Assembly: GCA_030452025.1 (NCBI GenBank)
Contig: JAKDNC010000001.1
Span: 1 to 41,077, forward strand
Source: Nocardioides sp.
GTDB lineage: Bacteria > Actinomycetota > Actinomycetes > Propionibacteriales > Nocardioidaceae
Length of the DNA stretch: 41,077 bases
Direction of reading: 5' to 3'
Shown here: positions 9,733 to 19,398 of the stretch, one piece after another
Position numbering within the stretch: the first letter of the stretch is position 1
How the letters are laid out: each line of letters begins with the position of its first letter
Translations under genes and position numbers: made by a program
The notes under the pieces: generated by a model
What the model was told of the DNA's origin: nothing
Database searches by the model: none
The model's input: only the letters and a program-made list of their open reading frames with translations

Positions 9733-10386
9733 TCAATTGCGGGGGCGGACTCGGTCACTGAGCCGCGCGAGGAAGTCAGCGAGTCGCTGACGGGTCACGG
9801 ACCACACCAAGGGTGCGATCTTGATCTGCTTGTCGGCGTCGACCCGATTTCCGGGTGCCGCACTGGAGGCGGACGGCGTAGCAGTCGGTCCGGACTCCTC
9901 CCCCACGGTGGGTGCTGCTGTCGTCCGAGTTGTGCCCCGACGTTGAGGACCGACTTGCGTCGCCAGCTCGTCGGCGAACTCCGAGAAGAGCTTGTTGGAG
10001 ACATCGCGGACGCCTCGCCCCAAAGAGGCGATCCGGCCGGTGAGCTGAACGTCAGTCACCACGCTGAGCTTGGTCGCCTCGCCGGCGGGCTCCAAGGTGA
10101 GGTTGATCGCCGCACGCGCGGTGCCCGACCCCCGCCGGTCCTTGCCTGCGGCATCGATCCTCATCTGGTGATTCGTGCCGTCGCGTTCCACCACGGTGAC
10201 GTCGCCGTTGTAGTTCATGGCAAGCGGACCGATGCTGATCCTGACCTGACCCTTGAAGTTGTCGCGGTCCAGTTCCTCAGTCAGTTCGGCTCCGGGCATG
10301 CAAGCGACGACCGCATGGGTGTCTTCCAGGAATCGCCACACATCCTGGACCTTGGCTGGCACGCTCACCGAGTGGTCGAGTCTCAT
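9733..10386 (-). CDS. CoxG/SRPBCC-family accessory protein of the molybdenum hydroxylase
   Basis: VWRFLED..VVACMPGAELTE, FKGQVRISIGP, GKDRRGSGTARA. Confidence 0.85.
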   Translation of the reverse strand: MRLDHSVSVPAKVQDVWRFLEDTHAVVACMPGAELTEELDRDNFKGQVRISIGPLAMNYNGDVTVVERDGTNHQMRIDAAGKDRRGSGTARAAINLTLEPAGEATKLSVVTDVQLTGRIASLGRGVRDVSNKLFSEFADELATQVGPQRRGTTRTTAAPTVGEESGPTATPSASSAAPGNRVDADKQIKIAPLVWSVTRQRLADFLARLSDRVRPRN

Positions 10387-12728
10387 GCTTGTTCCTCTCC
10401 AGTCTGTGCTCCGGCCGAGCCGGCTTCGTCGAGAAGTTTCAGGATCCGTTCAGGCGTGATCGGGAGCTGTGTCGGGCGTACGCCGATGGCATCCTCGATC
10501 GCACTGGCGATGGTTGCGGCTGTCGGACCGACCGGAGGCTCTCCGATTCCCCGGGCTCCCAAGGGGCCGCGCCCTTCGCCGCTCTCCACCACCGCGACTT
10601 GAATGTCAGGCATGTCCATGGAACTGGGGATCAGGTAGTTCGCGAACAGGGTCGACACTGCTTGGCCCTCGTCGAGGGGGCAGTCTTCCATCAACGCGTA
10701 TCCCAGCCCCTGCATGGCCCCGCCCTGGATCTGGCCTTCCACCCGGACCGGGTTGATCTGGCGACCGACGTCGTGGCTGGCGACGTACCGCCGGACCTCC
10801 ACCTGACCGGTCTCGAGGTCGACCTCCACCTCAGCGGCATGGGTGCCGAAGGTGTAGTCGGGGAAGGTGCCACCTTGGCCGGTGCTGGGATCGAATTTCC
10901 CGCCAGGTGCACGCCACGTGTAGAGATTCGACGTGTTCACCCCGCGCTGCTGACACTCCTTCGCTAGGTCCGCGAGGGTGAGGCTCCGACCGCCGGCTTG
11001 GACCTTCCCACCCTGCCAGGCCAGCTCTCCGTCTGCTGCGTCGAGCAGGTCCTCGGCGACACCGGTGAGCTGGTCACGCAGGTCGTGCGAAGCCCGCAGG
11101 ATGGCGTTGCCGGACATGTAGAGCTGTCGAGTGGCGAAGGTTCCACCCGCCGGCGGGTTCAGCGCGGTGTCACCGATGTAGACACTGATCGACTCCAGGG
11201 GGGCCCCGAGGACCTCCGAAGCGATCTGGCAGAGGCTTGCTGCTTGACCAGCGCCCAGGTCGGTGACGCCGCTCCTGATCAGGAGACTGCCGTCTGTCTG
11301 CAGGGTGAGCCACGCCGACGCATGGTCGCGGAACCAGATGGTGCGACCGTAAGGTTGCATGCCGCAGCCGAATCCACGTCCGACACGCTTGTGCGAAGCC
11401 GTCGGCGGAGGTCCTTCGCCGAGTTCTTGGAGTGCGAGCTCGCGAGTCTGGGTGACGGCGACGGCCGTGGTGATCTCGTCCCCGCTGGGAATGGTGTCGC
11501 CCTTGACGTAGTAGTTGCGGTCGCGGACCTCCTCGCGGCTGATCCCCAGCTTGCTGGCGAGTTGGTCCATCTGGGACTCGTACCCGAAGACGACCTGCAT
11601 CGCGCCGAACCCGCGGAATGCGCTAGAAGGAACGTTGTTGGTGAACACCGCACGAGAAGTGCACCGCACGCTCGGAACTCGGTATGGACCACAAGCCAGC
11701 GCAGCCCCCGCGAAGAGCACCCGCGCACTCAGGCACGGGTAGGCGCCTGCATCGCCGATGATCTCGACTTCCTGGGCAACGATGGTCCCGTCCTGACGCG
11801 CTCCGGTCCGGTAGCGCATCAGGAAGGGATGCCGCTTGGTGCTGGCCAGCATCGACTCCTGCCGCGTCCAGACCATTCGTGCCGGCTTGCGCGTGTGCCA
11901 GGTCACCAAGGCGAGGTAGGGCTCGACTGTCATGTCTTCCTTGCCGCCGAATCCCCCGCCCATGTATGAGGCGATCACCCGGACCTTGCTCTCGGGAACC
12001 TCGAGGATCTCCGCGATCTCGGTCGCGTGCTCGATCACCTGCGTCGAAATCCGTAGTGTCACCACATCGTTCTCCAGCCAGGACACCCCGGACTCGGGCT
12101 CCAGGTAGGCGTGCTCCACGTGCTGGCTTTGGTACTCCCCCTCGACCACCACGTCTGCGGCGGCCATCTCGTTCTCGACGTCGCCGCGCACGATGTTCCA
12201 GTTGACCAGTACGTTCCCCTCTTCGTGCACCAAGGGGGCATCGTCTGCCAAGGCACTCTCCGCGTCGAAGACTCCGGGCGTCTCCTCATAGGTGACCTCG
12301 ACGAGGTCCACCGCCTCAGCAGCGATCTCGGGCTCGGTGGCAGCGACGACCGCTATCGGCTCGCCGGCGTACCTCACCCGGTCGGCGGCCAGCACTGGCT
12401 GGGAGACGGTAACCTCGCCCAGGCCGCCACTCGCGTTCTCGACGATCTGGTTGTAAGGCACGTCCTCGGCAGTCAGCACAGCCACAACTCCCGGGAGGGC
12501 CAGCGCAGCACTGGTGTCAATCCTGGTGATCCGGCCCGAGGCGATCTGGGAGCGGACGAGCTTCGCGTGCAGCATTCCTGGCAGCCGCCAGTCGGCGGCG
12601 TACAGGAGAGAGCCCTTGACCTTCTCGATGAAGTCGTGGTGAGCCGGCGAGGTGCCGACGATGTTGTATGTCTCGCCCGTCCGGGGCAGCGAGCCCACAT
12701 CAGGGGCATCCGGGAGGACCTCGGTCAT
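10383..12728 (-). CDS. Xanthine dehydrogenase-family molybdopterin-binding large subunit
   Basis: EHAYLEPE, GGGFGGKE, AFRGFG, DLGAGQ, TFATRQ, GQIQGGAMQGLG, GARGIGEP. Confidence 0.93.
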   Translation of the reverse strand: MTEVLPDAPDVGSLPRTGETYNIVGTSPAHHDFIEKVKGSLLYAADWRLPGMLHAKLVRSQIASGRITRIDTSAALALPGVVAVLTAEDVPYNQIVENASGGLGEVTVSQPVLAADRVRYAGEPIAVVAATEPEIAAEAVDLVEVTYEETPGVFDAESALADDAPLVHEEGNVLVNWNIVRGDVENEMAAADVVVEGEYQSQHVEHAYLEPESGVSWLENDVVTLRISTQVIEHATEIAEILEVPESKVRVIASYMGGGFGGKEDMTVEPYLALVTWHTRKPARMVWTRQESMLASTKRHPFLMRYRTGARQDGTIVAQEVEIIGDAGAYPCLSARVLFAGAALACGPYRVPSVRCTSRAVFTNNVPSSAFRGFGAMQVVFGYESQMDQLASKLGISREEVRDRNYYVKGDTIPSGDEITTAVAVTQTRELALQELGEGPPPTASHKRVGRGFGCGMQPYGRTIWFRDHASAWLTLQTDGSLLIRSGVTDLGAGQAASLCQIASEVLGAPLESISVYIGDTALNPPAGGTFATRQLYMSGNAILRASHDLRDQLTGVAEDLLDAADGELAWQGGKVQAGGRSLTLADLAKECQQRGVNTSNLYTWRAPGGKFDPSTGQGGTFPDYTFGTHAAEVEVDLETGQVEVRRYVASHDVGRQINPVRVEGQIQGGAMQGLGYALMEDCPLDEGQAVSTLFANYLIPSSMDMPDIQVAVVESGEGRGPLGARGIGEPPVGPTAATIASAIEDAIGVRPTQLPITPERILKLLDEAGSAGAQTGEEQA

Positions 12729-13225
12729 CGGTCTCCTCCTCCAGTAGAAGCCTGTTCACGAACCTGCCCGAAGTACTCCTCGACGGCGTCGACGATCTTC
12801 GTGTAACCGGTGCAACGGCACAGATTCCCGACGAGCTCATAGCGGATCTCTTGGCGGGTGGCGCTCGGGTTCCGCTGAGCCAGCACCTTGGACGTCAGCA
12901 CCATCCCGGGAGTGCAGAAGCCGCACTGGGCAGCTCCGTGCTCCAGGAAGCACTTCTGGAGCGGATGCAGTTCCTCGCTGGCATTGGTGAGGCCGCTCAA
13001 CGTCTGGATCGCGACGTCCTGCGCCTGCACTGCGAACGTGAGGCAGGCGTTGATCGGCTCGTTGTCCGCGAGGACGGTGCAGGTCCCACACACCCCCTCG
13101 CCACATCCGTAGCGGACATCCGGAAGGCCGATGTCGTCGTGTAGCGCGTCGAGAAGCGTGCGGTCGTTGCGCACCCACAGCTCGTGCTGCTCACCGTTCA
13201 CGGTCAGGAATATCTGGGTCTTCAT
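12725..13225 (-). CDS. Molybdenum hydroxylase small (2Fe-2S) subunit
   Basis: GCGEGVCGTCTV, QCGFCTPG, GNLCRCTGY. Confidence 0.95.
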   Translation of the reverse strand: MKTQIFLTVNGEQHELWVRNDRTLLDALHDDIGLPDVRYGCGEGVCGTCTVLADNEPINACLTFAVQAQDVAIQTLSGLTNASEELHPLQKCFLEHGAAQCGFCTPGMVLTSKVLAQRNPSATRQEIRYELVGNLCRCTGYTKIVDAVEEYFGQVREQASTGGGDR

Positions 13226-13246
13226 GTTGGAGTCCCTTGATCAGCG

Positions 13247-14125
13247 TCAGCCGAGGCCGACGGCTTGGGCGAGAGAGCGGCGGGTCAGTACTTGGGTCAA
13301 CCGGCGGCGGTAGTCGGCCGACGCATGGACGTCACTCTCCGGGGAGATGCTGTTGGCTGCGTTCTGCGCAACTTCGTCGATGGCTTGGGGGTCCGCGCCC
13401 AATCGACGAAAGGGCTCGAGAATGTCCTCACCGAGCAGGAGCGGCCGGTCGGCCACGCCCCCGAGAACCACGCGGAGCTCTGGGATCTCCTCGGAGGCCC
13501 GGCTCCTCGCGGAGACTGCCACCTCCACGGTTGCGAAGTCGGAGAAACGACGGGTCACTTCGTCGAAGCCCCACCCGTCCTGGTCACCAGCTACTGGAAG
13601 CCGGATCTCCGTGACCACCTCATCGAGGTCCGTCGCTGTGGTGAGGTATGTCAGGAAGAAGTCGTCGGCTGGGACCGAACGCATTCCGGAAGGACCTTGC
13701 ACGACGATCCTCCCTCCGGCGGCCAGCACCACACACGGAATCTCGCCCGTAGGGTCGGCGTGGGAGACGCTTCCGCCGATGGTCCCGCGGTTGCGGACTC
13801 GCACGTTCCCGACCAGGCCCACCGCCTTGGCCAGCATCGGGAAATGCGTGGCGACGAGCGGCGAATCCAGCACGGCTCGATGCCGGGTCATTGCTGGAAT
13901 AACCAACTCTCCTTGGTCCAGCCATGGCCCAGAGCTGACGATGGGGTTCAAGTCGATGAGCGCAGCCGGCATAGCCAGCCTCAGGTTGATCATGGGGACA
14001 AGGCTCTGTCCGCCCGCGATCAACTTGGCGCCCTCGCCCCACAGCGCACGGAGCTTGATCGCCTCCTCCCAACAATCCGCGGTCTGGTACTCGAAAGCGC
14101 TGGAGTTGGGGGCCGCAGCGCTCAT
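13247..14125 (-). CDS. Molybdenum hydroxylase FAD-binding medium subunit
   Basis: IAGGQSLVPMINLRLA, VRNRGTIGGSVSHADP, DVHASADYRRRL. Confidence 0.93.
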   Translation of the reverse strand: MSAAAPNSSAFEYQTADCWEEAIKLRALWGEGAKLIAGGQSLVPMINLRLAMPAALIDLNPIVSSGPWLDQGELVIPAMTRHRAVLDSPLVATHFPMLAKAVGLVGNVRVRNRGTIGGSVSHADPTGEIPCVVLAAGGRIVVQGPSGMRSVPADDFFLTYLTTATDLDEVVTEIRLPVAGDQDGWGFDEVTRRFSDFATVEVAVSARSRASEEIPELRVVLGGVADRPLLLGEDILEPFRRLGADPQAIDEVAQNAANSISPESDVHASADYRRRLTQVLTRRSLAQAVGLG

Positions 14126-14175
14126 GACCCGTGGCCAATCGGTTTCAGGAAAGCGTCATCGGTGTGATCCATGTC

Positions 14176-14197
14176 GCTGATTATTGGGCCAATCAGC
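14176..14197. promoter_or_regulatory. Inverted repeat GCTGATT-N8-AATCAGC upstream of the Mo-hydroxylase operon (operator or hairpin)
   Basis: Perfect 7-bp arms in the 108-bp gap between lysR and the FAD subunit gene. Confidence 0.35.
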
Positions 14198-14233
14198 CCG
14201 CAAGCGCTAGCGGCGTTTAGTGCTCTCGATCAT

Positions 14234-15157
14234 TCACTTGAACTTAACCTTTTCGTGAGGCGGCCCAGCCAGGCTGGCAGCGGAGCTCGCGAGCGCAACC
14301 CGAACGGTCCGGATCGCCGAGTGTGACTGGCGACCTTGGCGGACCACGGTGAAGATCTGCCGGACCTGATCCACCGAATGCGTCGGGAGTGCACTGGGCA
14401 GAGCCTTTCCCAGGATTGCCGGGAGCAGCGCAGCAGCATGTCCGCGTCGTACCAGTTCCCGATGCAACAGCATATCGGCACTCTCGAACTGCACGTCGGG
14501 TTCGAAGCCAGCGGAGCGACACAAGGCAGTGGCCCAGTCGCGAGACCTGCTTCCCAGGGGCTCCATCACCCAGGCGCAGTGAGCGGCGTCCTTGATCGAG
14601 ACCTCCCCCGAGTCGGGTGCGGCGGCATCGTCGGGGAGCGCCAGCTCCACTCCATCCGCATACAGATCCTGGCGATGCACCTCGTCGGACACAGGGAGCG
14701 GAATGCCGGGGTATTCCTCTCCGATCATCATGTCGAAGTCCCGGGCAAGAAGAGCCGGCAGCGCCTCCTCCGGTTCGATCTCAGTCAGTTCGACCCGAAG
14801 ACCGTCACGGCCCTGGACGCGGTCCAGCATCAACGGCACCAGCGCGAGTGCGGCCGTCTGGAAGGTAGCGATCCGCAACGTACCGCGCGCCTGACCGGCG
14901 AGGGAGGAGACCTCCGCTTCCGCACGCTCAAGATCACGAAGCACTCGATCGGTGTGCCGAGTGAGCAGTTGCGCCGCCTCTGTCAGCCGCACCCGGCGGC
15001 CAACCCTCTCCAAGAGCGGGATGCCAACTTCCTTCTCCAACAGAGCCAGTTGTTGCGACACCCCCGACGGACTGAAGTGCAAAGCTTCGGCGACCCCGGC
15101 GATCGTGCCGTGTCGCTCCAGCTCGAGGAGCAAGCGCAAACGTCTGACTTCAAGCAT
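14234..15157 (-). CDS. LysR-family transcriptional regulator
   Basis: N-terminal HTH (GTIAGVAEALHFSPSGVSQQLALLEKEVG); divergent from the PLP-lyase gene. Confidence 0.92.
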   Translation of the reverse strand: MLEVRRLRLLLELERHGTIAGVAEALHFSPSGVSQQLALLEKEVGIPLLERVGRRVRLTEAAQLLTRHTDRVLRDLERAEAEVSSLAGQARGTLRIATFQTAALALVPLMLDRVQGRDGLRVELTEIEPEEALPALLARDFDMMIGEEYPGIPLPVSDEVHRQDLYADGVELALPDDAAAPDSGEVSIKDAAHCAWVMEPLGSRSRDWATALCRSAGFEPDVQFESADMLLHRELVRRGHAAALLPAILGKALPSALPTHSVDQVRQIFTVVRQGRQSHSAIRTVRVALASSAASLAGPPHEKVKFK

Positions 15158-15261
15158 GAAGGCAGACTAATGCAAGAGAGGAGAATCCGGAAGTTTTACT
15201 GCCGAAAATGGAGCAGAATCATTCGCTGTTTATCACGCGAATCCACTTCTAGGCTGCGGTC

Positions 15262-16398
15262 GTGCTCATTACAGATGATGATCCCTGCTTTTGGTATTGC
15301 CGTCCCGAGGCTCGGCAGTGGCGATGCGCGGAACCACCACGCGACCCCGAAGTCTTCCACCGCAGCCTGCCGCACTACCAGCACACTCCGTTGCACGAGG
15401 TCCCTGACCTAGCTCGTGAGCTTGGATTCGACAGAGTCTTCGTCAAGGACGAATCCATGCGCTTGGGGCTCCCGGCGTTCAAGATGTTGGGCGCGTCGTG
15501 GGCTGCCTACCGCGCGATCACTCGACGACTGAACGCGGAAGACACTCCTCCCCGACTGGATGATCTCCGGGACTTGGTGTCGGGAGCCAAGCCGATCACG
15601 TTGGTGACCGCCACCGACGGAAACCACGGGCGAGCTGTAGCCCGAATGGCCCAGATGATCGGGGTCGCGGCCCGGGTGTTCGTTCCTGATGTGGTCTCTC
15701 GACTCGCGATCGACCACATTCGCAACGAGGGGGCCGAGGTGGTGGTGCTGCCCCAAGATTACGACGCGACAGTGCAAATCGCCGCCGCCGAAGTAGCCAC
15801 CGACACTGGGGCCATCCTCGTCCAGGACACGGCCTGGGACGGCTACGAGGAAGTCCCACAGCGGATCGTGGATGGGTACTCGACCCTCTTCCGAGAGATC
15901 GACACCCAACTCGTCCAGCAAGGTTCCGGGCCCGCAGGGGTCGTAGCAATTCCAACGGGAGTGGGCTCGTTGCTCCAGGCAGCAGTGGAGTTCCACCGAT
16001 CGGGTCAGCGTGGGCCGGCAAGTCTCGTGGCCGTGGAGCCAGTCTCCGCGAATTGCGTCACGAAGAGCCTGCAGAATCGAGAGCCGGTTCCTGTCCAGAC
16101 AGGACGGACCAACATGGCTGGCCTGAACTGCGGTACGCCGTCGAGCATCGCTTGGCCGTTTCTACGCGACGGCGTCGACACGTCAGTGTGTGTCGACGAC
16201 GAGCAAGCGGAACGAGCCTCAGACGATCTCGGCTCATTCGGGATCTCATCAGGTCCATGCGGTGGGGCAGCGCTGGCCGGATTGCGCGCTCTGCGAGACA
16301 ACCCACAAGCACACGCCTGGTATGACGGACAGGTCGCGAGCGCGGGTCGTACATCCGCAGTTCTCCTCAACACCGAAGGTGCTGCGTCACCCGGCTGA
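15262..16398 (+). CDS. dpaL: Diaminopropionate ammonia-lyase (PLP-dependent)
   Basis: FVKDESMRLGLPAFKMLGASWA (PLP lysine), ATDGNHGRAVA, QDTAWDGYE, MAGLNCG. Confidence 0.82.
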   Translation: MLITDDDPCFWYCRPEARQWRCAEPPRDPEVFHRSLPHYQHTPLHEVPDLARELGFDRVFVKDESMRLGLPAFKMLGASWAAYRAITRRLNAEDTPPRLDDLRDLVSGAKPITLVTATDGNHGRAVARMAQMIGVAARVFVPDVVSRLAIDHIRNEGAEVVVLPQDYDATVQIAAAEVATDTGAILVQDTAWDGYEEVPQRIVDGYSTLFREIDTQLVQQGSGPAGVVAIPTGVGSLLQAAVEFHRSGQRGPASLVAVEPVSANCVTKSLQNREPVPVQTGRTNMAGLNCGTPSSIAWPFLRDGVDTSVCVDDEQAERASDDLGSFGISSGPCGGAALAGLRALRDNPQAHAWYDGQVASAGRTSAVLLNTEGAASPG

Positions 16399-16590
16399 GG
16401 CGCATGAGCCCTGGCAGACTCCATAGCCAACATCTCCCAGCCGTAAAGGCGCAGGCGCCCGACACCGATGGTCACTTTCGACCTCAGGTGACCACGAAAC
16501 CCGGTGCCGATGCCCGGGTCGCCCCACGGTGGAGTCTTGGCATCGGGCCGGAACTTTCATCGCCACCCGCGACTGAACAGAACCGGAGCC

Positions 16591-16827
16591 TGGAGACGCA
16601 CCCTGGGGCAGCATCGCCAAGCTGCACGGTTGACTCGCGACCAACCAGCCAATGTCACCTTGCGGCAGTGATTCTGGCACCCCGACCTGGACCTGACGCT
16701 CGATCTAGCACCACCACTGCTGATCTACGCCGACGCCGTCGCCAGCGACGACCCGCGCCAGGGCGATGTCGCAGCCGACCTTTGGGAGCAGAGTGAAAGC
16801 CTTGGACATCTCCGCACACGCGGCTGA
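16591..16827 (+). pseudogene. Remnant of a type IV TA AbiEi-like antitoxin (C-terminal part, internal stop)
   Basis: Manual translation: ARLTRDQPANVTLRQ*FWHPDLDLTLDLAPPLLIYADAVASDDPRQGDVAADLWEQ. APPLLIYAD...DPRQ resembles the C-terminal signature of actinobacterial AbiEi-family antitoxins. TGA at 16669-16671; no intact 5' end. Confidence 0.6.
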
Positions 16828-16900
16828 GTTCCCGATGCGGCCGTTGACCGTCCTGACGCACAGCATCAGTGACTGGTTCCTGATCGGAGCCCGCACCTGC
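16793..16900 (+). pseudogene. Truncated N-terminus of the cognate AbiEii-like nucleotidyltransferase toxin
   Basis: GTG at 16793 (GGGAG upstream) overlaps the antitoxin end. It reads VKALDISAHAAEFPMRPLTVLTHSISDWFLIGA, which reaches the hydrophobic-IGA motif and then loses similarity. Confidence 0.4.
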
Positions 16901-16944
16901 ACAGCCAAGCCCAACCTGCCAGGACAAGCATCCGGACGCGCCCC

Positions 16945-17667
16945 TCAGTCGACTGCACCGGCCCCCAGATGCTCGAGCGCCACGTCACGGCTGCTGCGGA
17001 ACTCGTGGGTCGTCCCCTGCCAGACGATCTGGCCACGGGACATGCAGTAGATGTGCTCAGACGCTGCGACGGCGAGCTGGAGATTCTGCTCGACCAGGAC
17101 CACCGACAGCCCCTCGGAGCGGAGAGCCAGGATGATCTCCGAGACCTGCTCCACGACTTTGGGGGCCAGACCATCGGAGGGCTCGTCCAGGAGCAGACAA
17201 GTTGGACTCCCGAGCAGGGCGCGGGCGATCACGAGCATCTCCTGCTCACCGCCGGACAACTGGTCCGAGCGGTTGGACCGCCGGGTCGCCAGCGAGCCGA
17301 AGGTGTCATAGACCCGCTCCGGCGTCCACGTGGGACTGGCCGTCTTGCGCGTCGAGATCTGCAGGGTCTCCTCGACCGTGAGCGAGGAGAACACCCGTCG
17401 CCCTTGTGGGATGAGACGGAGCCCGGCCCGCGCGATCCGGTGGATCGGCAAACCGGTGACGTCCTGGCCATCGACCACGACCCTCCCGCTCTCGGGCCGG
17501 ACGAGACCCATGATGGTTTGCAGCAGGGTCGTCTTCCCCATCCCGTTGCGCCCCAGGACGGCAACACCAGTCCCGGCTGGCACGGCAAGGTCGACTCCGT
17601 GCAGCACTCGCGCGTCGCCGTATCCACTGTGCAGATCGGAAACCTCGAGGGATCGCTGGTCGCTCAC
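16945..17667 (-). CDS. HAAT ABC transporter ATP-binding protein (LivF-like)
   Basis: GRNGMGKTT, LSGGEQEM, LLLDEPSDGLAP, VEQN. Confidence 0.93.
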   Translation of the reverse strand: MSDQRSLEVSDLHSGYGDARVLHGVDLAVPAGTGVAVLGRNGMGKTTLLQTIMGLVRPESGRVVVDGQDVTGLPIHRIARAGLRLIPQGRRVFSSLTVEETLQISTRKTASPTWTPERVYDTFGSLATRRSNRSDQLSGGEQEMLVIARALLGSPTCLLLDEPSDGLAPKVVEQVSEIILALRSEGLSVVLVEQNLQLAVAASEHIYCMSRGQIVWQGTTHEFRSSRDVALEHLGAGAVD

Positions 17668-18431
17668 AGGAACACCTCCCCCAGGTTGGTGCCGAGATAT
17701 GCGTCCTGCACTTCCGCAGAGCCGCGGATGGTGCTCGGTTCACCCTCGGCGATGACGGCTCCCGCAGCGAGGACGATGACCTTGTCGGCCAGCGCGAAGA
17801 CCACGTCGAGGTCGTGCTCGATCAGGATCATCGCCAAGCTTCGGGGAAGGTTCGAGACCAGCTCGGAGAACGTGCGCGTCTCGGCCCCGGACATGCCGGC
17901 GGTCGGCTCGTCGAAGAGCAGCAGGTCCGGCTCCAGGGCCAGCGCCATCGCGACCTCCAGCTGGCGGCGCTGTCCGTGGGACAAGTCGCTGACCCGGCTG
18001 CTGCCACGCGGGTCCAGGCCCACGGCGTCGAGGAACTCGTGTGCCTCCACAGTCAGCCTCGCCTCGCGCTTGCGCGAAGGGATGATCGACCGGGAGATGC
18101 CGTGCCGACGCCGCAACGCCATGAGGACGTTTCCGGTCGCATCGAGTGAGGCGAAGAGCTCGCTGTGCTGAAAGGTCCGGCCGATCCCGGCTCGGCATCG
18201 CACCTCCTCCCTGGATGTCGTGATGTCCCGCCCGTTGAGCTCGATGGAGCCCGAGCTGACGGGAGTCCGACCAGCGATCAGGTTGAACAGCGTCGTCTTG
18301 CCCGCGCCGTTCGGCCCGATGAGCGCCACCCGATCGCCCCGGTCGACCGTGAACGAGACATCGTCGGTGACCGTCACTGCGCCGTACCGCTTGCGGACGT
18401 TCTTCAGTGAGAGAACGGTTTCAGCCGACAC
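17664..18431 (-). CDS. HAAT ABC transporter ATP-binding protein (LivG-like)
   Basis: GPNGAGKTT, LSHGQRRQLE, DEPTAG, IEHD. GTG start at 18431. Confidence 0.93.
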   Translation of the reverse strand: MSAETVLSLKNVRKRYGAVTVTDDVSFTVDRGDRVALIGPNGAGKTTLFNLIAGRTPVSSGSIELNGRDITTSREEVRCRAGIGRTFQHSELFASLDATGNVLMALRRRHGISRSIIPSRKREARLTVEAHEFLDAVGLDPRGSSRVSDLSHGQRRQLEVAMALALEPDLLLFDEPTAGMSGAETRTFSELVSNLPRSLAMILIEHDLDVVFALADKVIVLAAGAVIAEGEPSTIRGSAEVQDAYLGTNLGEVFL

Positions 18432-19398
18432 GGACTGCCTCCTCCGAGGTTGATGGCTCCGGCGCCGCACGTCGTCGACTCAGCAACCCGGCCAGCCCGT
18501 TGGGAAGGAAGTAGACCGTCAGCACGAAGATCGCCCCGAGGGCCCGGACCCAGTAGTCCCCGATCGTCGAGGATGTGTAGGAGCGGATGACCACCAGCCC
18601 GATCCCGGCGATGAGCGGCCCGACCAGCGACCGTGCACCACCCACGAGGACCATCACCAGCAGAAGGATGGATGTGTCCGGAGCCAGTGCCGTGGGCGCG
18701 ATGAACACGTCCTTCTGGGTCAACAGCGCGCCACCGACCGCGACGGCCACACCCGAGATCACCAGCGCCGAAACACGAACAGTCGCGATGTTGTAGCCGA
18801 GCGCACGCATCCGGTCCGCATTGTCAGCGCTGCCGGTGATCGCCCGCCCCAGGGGCGCGGCGACCAGCAGCTGCACCAGGATGAGGACGACGACTGCCAC
18901 GACGAGGACATACCAGTAGACCGACACGACGTGAGGAAGGCCCAGGGCATCGAGCGCCGGGATCTCCGGGGTCGGGATGCCGGAGAGTCCGTTGTCACCG
19001 CCGGTGAAGTCGGTGGTCATGGTGATGGCGTGGATCAGCTCGGCCACGGCCAGGGAGACCATCAGGAAGTAGATCCCCTGGGCCCGCATCGAGATCACTC
19101 CCAACAGGACCGAGAGCACCGCCCCGACCAGCGCGGCGGCCAACAGACCGGCCAGCGGGTTCGCCGTCACATGCACGGCCAGCAGTCCGGCGGCATAGCC
19201 ACCGACACCGAGGAACGCCGCGTGGCCGAGCGACGGCAAGCCTGCCTGGCCAACGAGGACTGCGAGCCCCATCGCCATCAGCCCATAGATCAGTCCACCG
19301 GTGAGCACGTCCAGCGAGTAGGAATCAAGGAAGAGCGGCGCCAGTGCCAGGACGACCAGGACAGCCACGGTGGGGATGATGCGTGTGCGGCTCTTCAT
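18421..19398 (-). CDS. HAAT ABC transporter permease (LivM-like)
   Basis: GLPSLGHAAFLGVGGY, GIYFLMVSLA, TGGDNGL. Confidence 0.92.
   Translation of the reverse strand: MKSRTRIIPTVAVLVVLALAPLFLDSYSLDVLTGGLIYGLMAMGLAVLVGQAGLPSLGHAAFLGVGGYAAGLLAVHVTANPLAGLLAAALVGAVLSVLLGVISMRAQGIYFLMVSLAVAELIHAITMTTDFTGGDNGLSGIPTPEIPALDALGLPHVVSVYWYVLVVAVVVLILVQLLVAAPLGRAITGSADNADRMRALGYNIATVRVSALVISGVAVAVGGALLTQKDVFIAPTALAPDTSILLLVMVLVGGARSLVGPLIAGIGLVVIRSYTSSTIGDYWVRALGAIFVLTVYFLPNGLAGLLSRRRAAPEPSTSEEAVRVG

Noticed and set aside
10383-14125. Calling the Mo enzyme an aerobic CO dehydrogenase because coxG is adjacent
   Set aside because: The active-site loop is AFRGFG, not the AYxCSFR of form I CO dehydrogenase.
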